DNA of 64,000 nucleotides from Anaeramoeba ignava BMAN (taxonomy: Eukaryota; Protista; Anaeramoebae), in the NCBI GenBank assembly GCA_028826165.1, contig JAPDFW010000103.1, positions 1 to 64,000 of the forward strand. The letters are read 5' to 3'. Shown here in pieces: positions 1 to 18,800 of this stretch (positions are counted from its first letter, which is position 1; every line of letters starts with the position of its first letter). Under the pieces are notes generated by a model, which saw only the letters and a list, made by a program, of their open reading frames with translations, did no database searches and was not told where the DNA came from. Position numbers and translations under genes: made by a program.

Positions 1-3000
1 TCTGCAAATAACTTATCTTTCATTGTTGATATTGATCTGGCATCTAGGAATAAAATGCACCATGCCAATTAATTGAAATTATGATGAATAGAGATTATCT
101 TTTGTTCAGACACGAACACCTAGAAAATGAATAGTAGAAGTAATTATGGAACAGGGTTTTCCCGTTTATCAGATCTAACATCTCCAAATTCACAAATAAC
201 AAATACCAACAATTAAACACCATTACCCTAATCATCACTTACAAACAACACAAATCACAAAGACTCTTCTTGATTCAAGGCTACGTCTCAAATAGAATGA
301 GGAATTGATATATAAACAACAATGAAAGTATGAGAAGTTACTTGATTGACACTTCTCCGAAACCATGGAAAGGAGAACACATACAAACAACCAAATGTTA
401 AAACAAGTTGCTGTGGAAATAAATGCCTGGAAATTTTCTGCAATATCTCTTTTCTTTTCTCACTTCCGAATGCTAAAGATCGCAAAGGATAAAGAATCAA
501 GTGCGAAGATATTATCTCAATACAATCATGTCTTCTTTTCCAATATGCTCATGCCATAAATGTAGGATTGAAGCATGCTTTACCAATGGATATATGGGAA
601 TGAGGCATTGGAACTGCTGTTGATGTTTTAATAAATATTTTAAAGCCAAAGGAACAGAGAATTGCAAGTTTGTTAAAAGTACAAAGTATCAAATGAATTG
701 ATAAATTCATTATTAGGTTTATTTGTTACAAAAGAAAATTTGTTAATTTCCGTTATATATTGGGATTTTCCAATTGTTAAATCATTTCTGTCTAGCCCAC
801 TGCTTAGATAGGTCCAAAGAGACACTGCATTTGATGGCTATTATTCAGGAGAAGTCAAAACACCTCAAGAAGATCACCTCAACAAGCTTTTCAGAAGAAA
901 CTCACCTAAAAGTATGAAAAGTTTCTTATTCACAAATGATTCACTGGAGGACTAGAAGGTTTTAACATTTTCAGTTTGAAATGTCATTACTGGCTTGAAA
1001 CATATTTGAAATCAATCCTTCTACAGTTAAAGGAAGGTGAATCAAAGAAGTTAATTGACCGGAAAATTCAGTTTAATTTTGCATATACAATTTCTTGATA
1101 AATTATTGATCACTATGTGCCTAGAAAATTTAGCTTTTAATATCTCACTATTTGCAAATATAGCTTTCAAAAGATTCCCAAAAGATGTTCACCCTGTTTC
1201 AGGATTTTCTTTTCTAGATTTTATGTCCAGCATAACTATTTCACCAGATCACAATATAATTATGAGAGAATTTTACCTGAAGTAAGAAAGTATTAATTTC
1301 CTTATTACAAAACAATACATGTGTAAAATGTCTGCAAATGGAGTTTAGAGGAATTATGCAGTTCCATTGACTCCATTAAAACAAAACCACCAGGCAGAAT
1401 AACTGATTGATAAGAATATCTTTGGAAAGAAAGTTTGAAACATCAGAAAACACCTACACACACAAAACAGAGACTTGAAAACAAAACAGAGCAAGTCTGT
1501 GATGAACAATCCCAGAAGATCTCATGGAGAACTTTCAATTTCTAAACACAAAACATGGAGAGAAATTATCTGAAACCATTTAAAAGACAACAAGATTTAT
1601 GTTAAAATTGGAGAAAATTCTTTCTTTAAATGAACTTGGGAAACCCAATTAGAGAACAGAAGCTTTAGGAGCTGGTTGAGAAACTACAATCACTGAAGAT
1701 TCTATCCAGACACAAAGAACAGCAAGAAATTTAAAGATTTTAGAATGAAAGTCTGATACCTAAGATTGAAAATATTTTCTCCAGGAAAACAAAATAAAAC
1801 AGGAGAACTTTATGTAGGTTTTATTTGCATACATAAGAAGAACAGAAAATTTGGAAGATGTGCACGACGATATATTCTCAAACCTTTGAAGAATCAAAAG
1901 AAGTTTTGTTGTTGTAATTGATTGTCACAATTTTCATCATTCAAGAATAACAAAACATAGCCTTTCAATTCTTTTCCATTTTCCCAAATTGACAGATAAT
2001 AATTTCAAAGAAGTTTATATATGATTTATCCATTCGATTGGATAAACAAGAAAATTGGAAAAGATAATTTCACATGGATTTCCAAAGAAGCGAAAATTAT
2101 GGATTCAATATCAAAATTGTTTAAATTATTCCCGAAAGGAAAAGAATACAAGAAACTGTTGAGCTTGAAACAACAATCACGCTAATTTCGCAAATAATAC
2201 AAGTTTCTCAATTTAAATTATATAGCTAAATATTATTTACAATATTTCCAATCAATATTTGCAAATTGTTCAATCTAGAATCACTTCACACACAAAACTG
2301 AATTTGTTTGATTTAATATATGTTATGGACATTCAAGAAATGCAACTTTCTATGAAATGATTCACTTATGCTATGCGGTGGTTGGTCTGATCATTTATCA
2401 TATCGAAGTAATTCTCGACGATGAAATTATTCAAGCCATTCAACAAACTGAGAGTGATCACCAAAATTAGGAAACAAATAATCAGTATGATTTCGGTGAG
2501 TGACCTGGGCAGATGTCTGGATCTCTTCAAACATTGTTTCATAAATTAGTGGAAATATTTGAATCTGTATAGACTATTGTGGTAGAAGTTTCAATTTTCT
2601 TCAATCTCACATTATAAAATCACAAATCATTATATACTTTCCATTTGTAATTTATAAAATCTGTACAAAGTGAGAAAAGCATCTTAATTGGAATTCTAGA
2701 ATGTTTGAAACATGCTTCAGACAGGTAAAGCTATGTATGCAAACATATCTTGTTTGGAAGAGAAGTGCACCTTGGATCAATCAAAGATTATGTTTGCAAA
2801 TATTCACTAATAATAAATATATAGTGATGGATTCAAATAATAATAAATTCAAAGATACAACAATATTGATAGTTAATACTATAAAAGAAAAGCAATGAAT
2901 AATCAGAGCATTTCCAAAAGGGCAAAGGTTTCATGATTTTCTGAAATGACTATCAGAGAAAACTTTATATATCCAGCAGTTTAATTCGGTGTATATATAA

Positions 3001-4600
3001 ATATCAGTTAGTTCAAGATCTTTTGTGATATTATGGTTGATGGCTGGGAGCGGGAAGTTCATATAGGTATGAGAACCAAGTTCAGATAAGAGATTGGCAA
3101 ATCACAGTAACTTGGCTTCCAATGGGATTCCAAATATGTTTCAATTTAAACTATGATACCGGCTCTTAAGCAAAGAATATCATCAGTTTCCCAAAATCAC
3201 TACAAAATTCAAGTTACAAAATTAAAGATTATGATGCAGGATGAAGTTTTATTTAAGACAAGATTCTATCTTAGTTTTGAGACATTTCAGTGCTAAGAAA
3301 CACTTTCCAGAATACTTATATCTGTATTATTCTTATGGATGAGATTTTATTCTTCTGATCTGCTGTTTGGTGATCCGGGCCATTACTACCTGTTATCATC
3401 ATTGAGAATTCATCTGGTTGAAGCAATAAAGTTACCACAAAGGAAGAAAACAATTAGATCTTTCAGTGCGTGCAATTTGAATGAAGTTACTCAACTGATG
3501 AGTTCTATGGATCTGAAATTCACTTTGAAGATTATAGTGCCATTATTCTGGTTTAACTGAATCATTACATAACAGTAGAATTTCTGGATTTATCAAATGA
3601 GTTGATCAACAAAGAAAACAAATGAAAATGAACAAAATAGAAGATTCATAACTGTTTAACAAGAAGATAAAACATCAGTGGATTGAACCGAAGGGTGCTA
3701 GGTAACAAGAAAACCTTAATTTCAAATTAACAGTACAAAATGAAATACTGTAATAAGTATATATTGATTGCTCTCTACATCTTTTCATATATTAATGTTA
3801 TCATGACAAGTTAGAAGAAGGTATAATGAATTAAAGCCCAGCTTCTTCAAAATATTTCCAAAACATCAATAATCTTAAGCACGGAGAGTCATATGGTAGT
3901 TTTAGAAATATCTGAACCTGCACGATTGCCGAATTGATATGCAAGAGAGAAGGGTATGCAACCGTTATTATGTAAAAGAAGAAAGAACTTCTGGAGTAGA
4001 ACAGATATTTTAAAGACGAATTACATTGTTTGACTTATTTATAAATTCCATTATTAGGCTAGATCGAATAGGAAATTCCAACATTATGTTTGCCATACAA
4101 ATCTGTTTGGTTCTAATATGGTTAAACGAATTATTTGATTGTATGCTATATTCTGAAAATCTTACAAATCTCGCTTGATACGTGTCAGATGAAGTTTTCT
4201 GTTTTGACTAAGAAATAAGTGTAAAATCCAAGTTGGATCGTTTACTTTCCGATGATTTCAAAGAACATAAAGTATGGGAAAATATTTTCTATAGAAATGG
4301 GATGCAGAAGTTGGGAAGATCAGTCTTCCAGCAAGTTGATTAATCTCATGCATATCATTTGATTGTTCCTGTAGATCATTGGTAATAATTACAGCAAACA
4401 AAGCTGCTGAGTATTGTTCCCTTTAGGGAAGTTGTTTAACTACAAGAAATTCTTTTGATCTGTAAGAATCCTGGTGGTTTAGAGATTGGGAAGTAAGAGG
4501 ACTAAATACCACTTATAATCCAGCAGGTGCAAATGTAAAGATAATGCGAATTTGGCAAAAGTTTATTTATTTAACTTTTATTAATTCAATTCTGATTTAA
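1..4600 (+). mobile_element. Candidate endogenous viral element: frameshifted L protein (RdRp) of a negative-strand RNA virus, Haploviricotina-like (Yue/Qin/Aspi-like xDD motif C); 5' end probably lies outside the window
   Basis: Higher GC than its flanks, no introns and no NQ/AAAATT repeats. Cross-frame translation gives ordered RdRp-like motifs: F LIPKIE (1753-1770)...ELYVG (1805-1819); A VVVID(L)SQFSS (~1908-1940, needs one restored T); B MLWT (2320-2331); C [L/S]DD (2414-2422, 29 codons after WT); D-like K*EKS (~2668-2682); WLP..GIPNMFQ (~3113-3145). F-A spacing is short, and A-B and C-D are long, so the call is not certain. Confidence 0.6.
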
Positions 4601-4630
4601 GATCACAACAACTCATATTTTATAGTGATT

Positions 4631-4963
4631 TTATGGTTGTTGGATGTCCTCAAGTCCTGCATTGCTATCATCTTCACTTTTAGTCTGACCTGTTATTTTG
4701 TCTGTAATTTCAAAACTTCTCATGTGTTCATCTGTTTTGAAATTTACCAAATATGCTTTCTGAGGGAATCTATAGAAGAATTCTTGGTCAATTTTAGAAC
4801 AAAGTTTTAGTTAAATTATATAAATTCCTCCTGTCATATTGATAAAGGATAAAGCTTGATTTGAGGACAAACATATATTCAGAAGTTCTTTTAAGTAGTT
4901 TACCAAAGCGAATTTGAACAAATTCTTCTTTCTTCTCAACTGAATTTCTCTCTCTGAATCCAT
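4631..4963 (-). pseudogene. Small frameshifted ORF of unknown function, convergent with the L-like gene
   Basis: ATG at 4963 gives MDSEREIQLRRK; after frame changes it reads DQEFFYRFPQKAYLVNFKTDEHMRSFEITDKITGQTKSEDDSNAGLEDIQQP to TAA at 4631. No homology recognised. Confidence 0.3.
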
Positions 4964-5206
4964 TTAACTATTAAAACACACTTTTCATCTCTTTCTTTTC
5001 ATTAAAATGTTATCCAATTTTAATTTCTTTATTTTATCTTTTCAATCTCGACTTTTAATATTTATATGAATAAAAGGTTTTAAAGATTAAATTAGATGCT
5101 AATTGGAAATTTTATATATGGATCAAAAGAAATAATTTGATACTTTCATATATTTTAATTTGATTAAAGAATAACTTAAAATTTAAAATTACAAACAGAT
5201 TTGAAA

Positions 5207-5850
5207 TGGCGCAAGAAATTAGAAATTATTTGAAATTAAAAGTCGTTCAATACAGGAGTTTCAGCTTTGAAACAAGAAGTGAGACATCAATTTGTTTTAA
5301 ATCAATTCAAATGATAGCAACTGAAAGTTAGAAAATTATTTTGATTGGTCATGAAACTCCGCTGGCAAAATTATTTGAGGTTTCTTTTCTTGAACTTGTC
5401 AAGAAAACGGTAAAGAACTTAGTTTGAAGAAGAAGATATTATTTTACCAAATTGAATAGATTGGGACAATTTGAAAAGAGTAAAATTCTCAAAAGAAAAG
5501 AAACGAAACTGAATAGAATAGCCCTCACAGATCAAAACCTGAAGAATTACAAAAGCACTCTGATATTTTATGAATTGAATCTGACTTGACATTAACTGAT
5601 TTTATTTGATATTTAAAAAGAAACCAAATAAATCCAGTTAGCTTTGTTGTACTTACGACTCAATTTATTTCTGCTTTTTCTGAATCTCAAGTAATATCAT
5701 GAAGAATTCACATTTACAAAAAGAAAACTATCAGAATTGTTTGCTAAAAAGAAAACTAATTTATAAGTAAAAGAAGAAAACAATTTATATATTAAAGTGC
5801 AAAAAGTGAAACAACGACGAACACGAATCGAAATAAAATTGGATTAATAA
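5207..5850 (+). pseudogene. Fragmented coding-like stretch, product unknown
   Basis: ATG at 5207 (MAQEIRNYLKLKVVQY...) with protein-like composition broken by stops and frameshifts; no motif recognised. Confidence 0.25.
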
Positions 5851-5979
5851 ATTTGAAATACATTAAGTATAAAAACCACTTAATAAATTTAAATATATTA
5901 CATATTTCTGAATTCCAATGTAAAATCATTATATTGGTTTAAAACAAGTTAAACATATTTAATAAATCCGGTCTAAAAA

Positions 5980-6300
5980 TTATATTATTAAATCAATAGA
6001 ATGTCTATATTAATAAATTTTAAATAAAATTATATTTCATTAAATTTAAAATAAATTATATTAATAAATCTTAAATAAAATTATACACAAATCTCTTTAA
6101 ATAAAATTATATTAATAAATTTAAAACAAAAATTATATTAATAACAACTAAATAAAATTATATTAATTTAAATCAGAAATAAAATTATATTAATAACGAA
6201 TAAAATTATATTAATAATCCAGAAATAAAATTATATATTAATAAATTTAAAATTAAAATAGAATTTAAATAAAATTAAATTAAAAATTTAAATAAAAAGA
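5980..6300. repeat. Imperfect ~20-bp AT-rich tandem repeat (AAATAAAATTATATTAATAA)
   Basis: Motif recurs visibly between the EVE region and the next host gene. Confidence 0.6.
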
Positions 6301-6390
6301 ATGTAAAATCTAAATTTTTATATTTTTCAACATTTTTCATTTTTCATTTTTCTTTTTTTTCTTTTTACATTCACTTTTCTTTTATTTTTA

Positions 6391-9290
6391 ATGAAAATTT
6401 ATGAACTGAGAAAAAAACCTTCCAGTAACAGAAAAAAGGAACATTTTCAGTAATAAAAATAATCTTTTATCGGATGGAAGAATGTATTGAATTACTAAAG
6501 TTATTTTACTTTTTCATCCAGATAATTTAGAAGAGATAAGCTGAACAAATTAAAATCAATTTTCAAATAAAAAGATATTGATTTAGCACAAGTTACGAAA
6601 TCAATTAATTTTATTAAAATTATTGTTGAAAATGAAGAATATTTTTTCACTTCTTTTACTTCAAGAAATAAAGCTTATTCACTTTTAAAACAATTATGGT
6701 TAAAAGAAAGAAGTAGATATTTACTTGATGAATCAAAAGAAAAATTAAATGAAAATCAAAATCAAATTGAAAATCAAATTGAAAATCAAAATCAAAATGA
6801 AAATCAAAATCAAAATGAAAATCAAAATCAAAATCAAAATCAAAATCAAAATCAAAATCAAAACCAAAATCAAATTGAAAATTTAAAAAATGATTCTCAA
6901 ATTAAACTGAAAAATAGAAAATCCCCTTTTCGTGTTATTCCAAAAGATGGTATCAAAATTGGAAATACTAGTCGTGATAGCTCAGTTTTTACTCAAGAAG
7001 AATTTACACAAGATTCTGTCAATTCTTTTCCATTTAATGAAAATGATCCTGATATTGATATAGATATTGATAATGACAATGATAATGAAAATGAAATTTC
7101 TTTAAGTTTTTCTGATGATAACGAATTAGATATAATTCAAAATCAAAATAAAATTCAAAATCAAAATCAAAATCAAAATCAAAATCAAAATCAAAATCAA
7201 AATCAAAATCAAAATCAAAATCAAAATCAAAATCAAAATCAAAATCAAAATCAAAATCAAAATCAAAATCAAAATCAAATTGAAAATCAAAATCAAAATC
7301 AAATTCAAAATAAAATCCCAACAAAAACCAAATCAAATAAAATGAAATTGAAAATCAAAATCAAAATCAAATCAAAATCAAATCAAAAAAAATCAAAATC
7401 AAAATCAAATTAAAAAATCAAAATCAAAAATGAAAATGAAAATAAAATCAAATTGAAAAATAAATAAAACAAAAATGGAAATTCAAAATAAAATTAAAAG
7501 ATCGAAGAAAAGAAATATGGAATTTAAAATAGATATTAAGAAAAAGTAAAAATGACTCTTCTAATTTAAAATATAAAAATTAAAATATAACAAAATATAA
7601 ATATAAATAGATTCCATCAACAATTTAGTTACAAGAGACTTTGTTTATAAATAATTATTTATCAGTATATAAAACGAATATCGAATAAAAGAAATTCCAA
7701 AATTTCAATGAATAAAGCATTAGTTTCTGCAATTCACGAAACAAATGAATCACCACCTAATTTTATTTTCACAATTAAATCAAAAGATGGAAAAATTTAC
7801 TATCTTCAGAAAATAAAATGAGTTGAAAAAGATGGATAAACGAGATCACATCTTTAAATAATAAACTCAAACATTTATTATGAAATTTTTGGAAAGCAAG
7901 AAAAATATTGAAGAAAAATCAAGAAAAACAAAACAAAATGAATTAACTGTTTCATTTGATAAAAATTGAGCAAAATGAAATTCAATCAAATAAAGAAATG
8001 GAAAATCAATTAAAAGAAAAGATGAATTAATAGAAAATCCAGATAAAAAGACTTATGAAATGATCAAACAGAAAAGAAAAATAGAAAATCAATTACAAAA
8101 ATTTGAAACAGTTCCAAAAATAGAACATAATATTCAAAAACAAGAAGAAAGAAGAAAAAGAAAAAGAAATAGAAATAGATAAAAAATAGATAAAAGAAGA
8201 AGATAAACAAATGAAACCAATTCATATTAAGAATGCAAATAGAATACTTTTCAGAAAAATTAAAAGGATCTTGCATTGCAAGTTTATCAAATTTATACCA
8301 AAATAAATTGGGAATAATTTATCCAACAAGTTTGGAAAAGAAAATGCAAATTATTCAAATAAGAAGAATGGAATGAAGAAATTCCAAGCAAAATATTTAA
8401 AAAGAAAATCATTTATTTATCACCAGTAAACAAAGTTCTTCAAAAAGAATTCAATTCTTGAACATCAAAGATTATTCATTCATTCACAAAAATTCATCCA
8501 ACTAGAAAAGTATTATTGAATAAAAATTGAAGTTTTTCAAATGTTTTTCTTTGATATCAATTCATTCAATTCAAGAAAATGAAGAAGAAATAACTGAGCA
8601 TAAAATTGAAACAGGGATCTTATTATTTGAGAAAAAATCACTTAGTCAATCCATTATTATTTATGAATCAGATCGACAAAATGAAATTATCAAAACAAAA
8701 TTTCATAATTCAAAGAAAGAAATTGAGGAAATTTTGGAAAAACAAAAACAGCAAAAGGAAAAAGAATTGGAAGAAACAAAAAATAAGAATTTGGAAAATG
8801 AAAGAAGAATCAAAAAGAAAAAAGAAAGGAATTGTTTGAGAAAAAGAAAAAGGGAACTTGTTTCTTGTTCCAAAATTGAGAAAAATTAGCAAACAAACTC
8901 AATTTGTTTTTATTTGATTTCTTTCACTTTTGGCAATTTTTCAATATTTGAATTCATCGGTTCAAATACTCAAAAGGGATTTTAGAACTCAAGAAATTTC
9001 TAAATGGATTGAATATCAAGTTGATTTGATTATTGAATATAAGCAGTTTCAAAATCAAAAAAACTTTTCATGAGAGGATTTTAATGAATGGAAGAAAGAA
9101 AAATATTCCAAATGTTTTTATAATTGGAATCAATATTTGAATTTTTAATCATTTAGTGAATCATTCAAAAAGATAATTTATTTTATTTGAAAATGCATTT
9201 TGTTTTAATGAGAAGAAATTATGAAAAAGATTTCAAAAATCTGATTATGATTGATTTTGTGAAGAAATTTTAAAAATCAAATAAATGATT
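6391..9290 (+). pseudogene. GRAM-PH-(VASt-like)-TM lipid-transfer protein (LAM/Aster-like), heavily frameshifted (pseudogene or consensus errors)
   Basis: GRAM motifs DGRMY.ITK and EEYFFTSFTSRNKAYSLLKQLW (~6470-6700); NQ tracts; PH C-terminus FIFTIKSKDGKIYYL...WINEITSL (~7760-7860); VASt-like KIETGILLFEKKSLSQSII (~8600-8660); hydrophobic segment ~8900-8950. Many indels; the end coordinate is approximate. Confidence 0.6.
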
Positions 9291-9299
9291 TTTCAATTT

Positions 9300-9770
9300 T
9301 CAAATCAAATTTTATTAAATTAAATTAAATTAAAAAATTAAATCAAATTAAATCAAATTAAATTTTAAATTAAATCAAATCAAATTAAATTAAATCAAAT
9401 TAAATTAAATCAAATTAAATCAAATCAAATTAAATCAAATTAAATTAAATCAAATTAAATCAAATTTTAAATTCAAATTAAATCAAATCAAATCAAATTT
9501 AAATTAAATCAAATTAAATTAAATTAAATTAAATTAAATTAAATTAAATCAAATTTAAATTAAATTAAAATTAAATCAAATCAAATTAAATTAAATTAAA
9601 TTAAAAAATCAAATTAAAATTAAATTAAATTAAAATTAAATTAAATTAAATCAAATCAAATTAAATTAAATTAAATTTTTAAATCAAAATTAAATTAAAT
9701 CAAATTAAATTAAATTAAATTAAAATAAATTAAAATTAAATTAAATCAAATCAAATCAAATTTTATTAAA
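9300..9770. repeat. (AAATT/AAATC)n pentamer microsatellite
   Basis: Directly visible; a second tract of the same type lies at ~10240-10480. Confidence 0.9.
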
Positions 9771-9957
9771 AAATTTTAATCCAAATTTTTTTTCTTGTTT
9801 TAAGAGATTTGTGTAAAAGGATAATTTTCAAAATTAAGAGATTTTTAGATTTTAGAAATAAAAATATGATTAAATTTTTGATTATTGTTAAATTATTAAT
9901 AATATTTAATTAATTAAAAAAAAACAATAAAAAAATTTTCTTCTTTTTTCTTTTTAA

Positions 9958-9989
<32 letters not shown>

Positions 9990-10583
9990 AAAATAAAAAC
10001 CAAAAAATTTTTTTTTTCATTTTTTCCTTTTTAAAAAAACCAAAACAAAAACCAAAACAACAAATAATAATAATAAATTTATTTTATTATTTTTTAAAAG
10101 GTAAAAAACACAAAAACAAAATTTAATAATTATTTTAAACACATAAATATATTTTTAAACACATAAAAAATTTTTTATTTGTTATTTCAATGTTTGGTTT
10201 CTTTTCTTCTTTCTTTCCCTTTTTTTTTTTTATTCATAAATTAAATTCAAATTAAATTAAATTAAATTAAATTAAATTCAAATCAAATTAAATCAAATAA
10301 AATCAAATTTAAATTAAATTAAATCAATTCAAATCAAAATTAAATTAAATTCAATTAAATCAAATTAAATCAAATTAAAATCTAAATCAAATCAAAATTA
10401 AATTAAATTAAACTAAATTAAATTAAATCAAAAATAAATCCAATTTAAATTCAAAATAAATCAAAATCAAATTCAAATTTAAATAATCTTATTCATCTTT
10501 TCATTACTCATGTTTTAAATAATCTTATTCATCAATTAATTTAATTACTCATCTTATTTAAATAAATAAAAAAACTAAAATAA

Positions 10584-15656
<5,073 letters not shown>

Positions 15657-15801
15657 TTTAATTTTTTAGTTCATTTTCAATTTTAACTCAAAAATTTCCT
15701 TTTTTTCTTTTCTTTTTTTTTAACAATTTCTTTTAAAAAAAAGCGAAAAACAACAATTTTCAATTAAAATCCAAAAAGCAAATCAAATTAAAATTTTCTT
15801 T

Positions 15802-18800
15802 TTATTTAATAATTTGGAAACTATTCTTTTTTTTATTCCATTTAACTTTGTATTTTGCTTCAGTAATTAATCTAATATTTTCAAATCCTGCTTTATATTG
15901 TTCTTTTTGATTTACTAAACCAAATAATTTAGAGCACAAAGGATTTGAAGAAATTGTTTGATATAAATTTACAATTCCCTAATTTAATTAAAAAATTTTA
16001 ATTTAAAAATTTAATTAAAAATTTAATTTAAAAATTTAATTTGATTATTTACTAAAAATCTTCGATCATAATTCCTCACAGAAGCAGCATAAATCATATG
16101 ACAAGAAATAAAAAATGAGGAACGAATAATCAAATCAATAATCATTTTAGTATCTTTTTCCATTGATTTTGCTGTTCTTATTAATTTCTTTTTTTCTTTT
16201 GATTTCTTTGTTTTTTGATTTTTTTGTTCTTTCTTTTTTTGTTTTTCAATTCTCGACATTTCCAAAATTTTACAAACAGAACTCAATCCAAAATAAATAA
16301 TACAATTTGATGTTCCAGGTGAAATTATCATTAGAATATCCTTTAACAAATTATTCTTGATCAAAATTTCCACAAAATTTGGATGATAAAAAATAAGATC
16401 GTAAATAATTCCCCACAATTTCTCACTTAATTCGCATGGTATTCTCTTATCAAAGCAATTAATGACAGATTGCAAGATGGATAAGTCTTCCAGAATATAA
16501 TTAAATATCTCTTGATGACGAAGTAATCTGCGCAAGATGGAAGCAAAATTAATCTTCATTTTAGACATGAAAATGGGTGATTTTGATATGATACTCAAAA
16601 GAATGCGCAGATGATCCGGATTCACAAGAAGCAAAGAGTTGATTTGATTTGCTTCCGTGATATTTTCCGGTATTTGCGTTCGAACTGTATCGAATATTTC
16701 AAATTTCTTCACCATAATTTTCATAATTTCAGACATTTGGATCAATGTTTCTGAATATCTTTGTTGGTTAATTAAATCCTCAATTTGCACAAGAAGATCG
16801 AAAAATAGCTTCCCTCTCAAAAAGGAGAGATAATGTTTTTCTGTGCTCCTGTCTTGTATTTGTTTGAATATTTTTTTCAAAAAAATATACACAAAAAAAC
16901 TCATTAAAGTTGATGGTTTGCAATCCAATTCTTGATATCCTTGAATTTCAACAGGCATGAAATCAGTTATTAACATGAAGTATTCCTTCGTATATTTTGT
17001 GATTAGAAACTGTTGCCAATTCTTTCTTAACACAAGTGCTGCCCAGAATTTTTTTGATGCAAATTGAACGTGTGAGAATTTATTTTGACTCAACTGTCTT
17101 ATATTTCCCAAAAGATTCAAATCACTTGATTGAAGAATGTTCTATTTTTGTATTTTTTTCAAATTTCATGTAAATGGATAAATATTTCAAATTTAAAATG
17201 AAAATTGTTTTGTTGTTTTTTTTTTCATTATTACCAAAATGGAATCATTTGAATGATTCAAAAAATTTTCAAGAATAAAAGAATAATACTCTGATACTGC
17301 CAAAGAACGAGATCCAATTCCTGTAAATAACTCTCTCTCTAAATCGCTTATGCTTTTCTTCACTGTTGTTTCTATAGAACCTTCTAATTCTGTAATTTTC
17401 TTTGAAATTTCATGTAAAGTTGTAACAAAAGAAAAACCTTCATTTTCAGATTTGATTTTTGTATAAATCATGGATAAATAATAGTGCATCAGAAAAATGG
17501 GAACCAATTCAAAATTCACTAAATGATGTTTATTTGTCTAAAATTTGATAAATAAATTCAAATCAATAAATTTTCTTTTTTTTTTGAAAAATTTTCATTC
17601 TTCTTTTTCTTTACTTCTTGTATAATAAACGAAATTTCTTGTGAAAAAGGAAACGTTGCATTCTGAGTTCCTGTTAATAAATTGATTGAATAAGCAATAT
17701 AATATAAATTGGTTAAATTTTTATTTTCCACATATTGTTCAATTAAAATACGTCCATCTGTTGTTTGAAGAATTTCCCAAACAAATTGAGCTACCTATTA
17801 ATTTTAAATTTTAATTTTAATTTAATTTTAAATTTAATTTTAATTTTTACTTTTGTATGAACTAAAAAAGAACACGAATCATTTAATAATGATAGAATTT
17901 CATGAAAATTTTCTGGTGAAATAATTGAAAGAAAAATTGAACTATATAATTTTTCAAAATGTTGATATATTCCTTGAGATTCAATCAACCTCTTGAAAAA
18001 ATCAAAAGGCATTGAACCATAAAAAATTCCTTTTAATTGATCTACATTGAGTTCATGTTCTCCCTTGATTTTTTCATCAACTTTTTTTTTCTCAACTTCA
18101 AATTTCTAAAGAATAAAAAAAGAAATTTAATTCATAAATAAAATCCTTTTTTTCTTCTTCCAATTAAAAATATAAATTCTAATCTTTTACAAATTCATGA
18201 TATTTATTCAAATTTGTGCAATATTGATATTTTTCAATCATATTTTGTTCATCAATTTTTTCCACTTCTTTTTTAAATCTTTCTCTATATTCAGGATCAT
18301 TCATTTTTTTTAAATCAAAAATTTCATCAGGTTCATATTGAGGCATTTCCAATTCAAATTCTTCATGTCTTTCAGAATTTGTGTTTCCAAAAATTTTCTA
18401 TAAATAATATTAATATTAATAAATATTATTTTTTTTCTTTTTTTTGAAATGATATTTTTTTTTTGATTACATGAAGTTTTCTAGATGATACAGTTTGATT
18501 GACTGAAACTATTTTTTTGACATCATTTCTTCTTAATGACATTCTTGATCTTTCATTTCTTGTTTTTTTATTTTCATTTTTTATTGGAGATCTTGGTAAT
18601 TTTCCCATAATTGGAGGAAAAGAAGTTCCGTATTTTTCTGTATTTTCTTTATTCTTTTTTACTAACTTCTCAAAAATATTCGAAACCACTTTTCTTGTTA
18701 AGGTTAATAATTGTTGATCAAATAATGTTTTTTCTTGTGATTTTTCTTTTTTTTCTTCTAAATTGTTTTTCAAATCATCTTCACTTGGTAAATTAATTTG

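Noticed and set aside
1-4600. Retrotransposon reverse transcriptase or bunya/arenavirus L
   Set aside because: No YxDD/PQG or QG..SS motif B was found. ELYVG resembles arenaviral motif F, but LWT and LP..G.PN fit Haploviricotina better. Not fully excluded.
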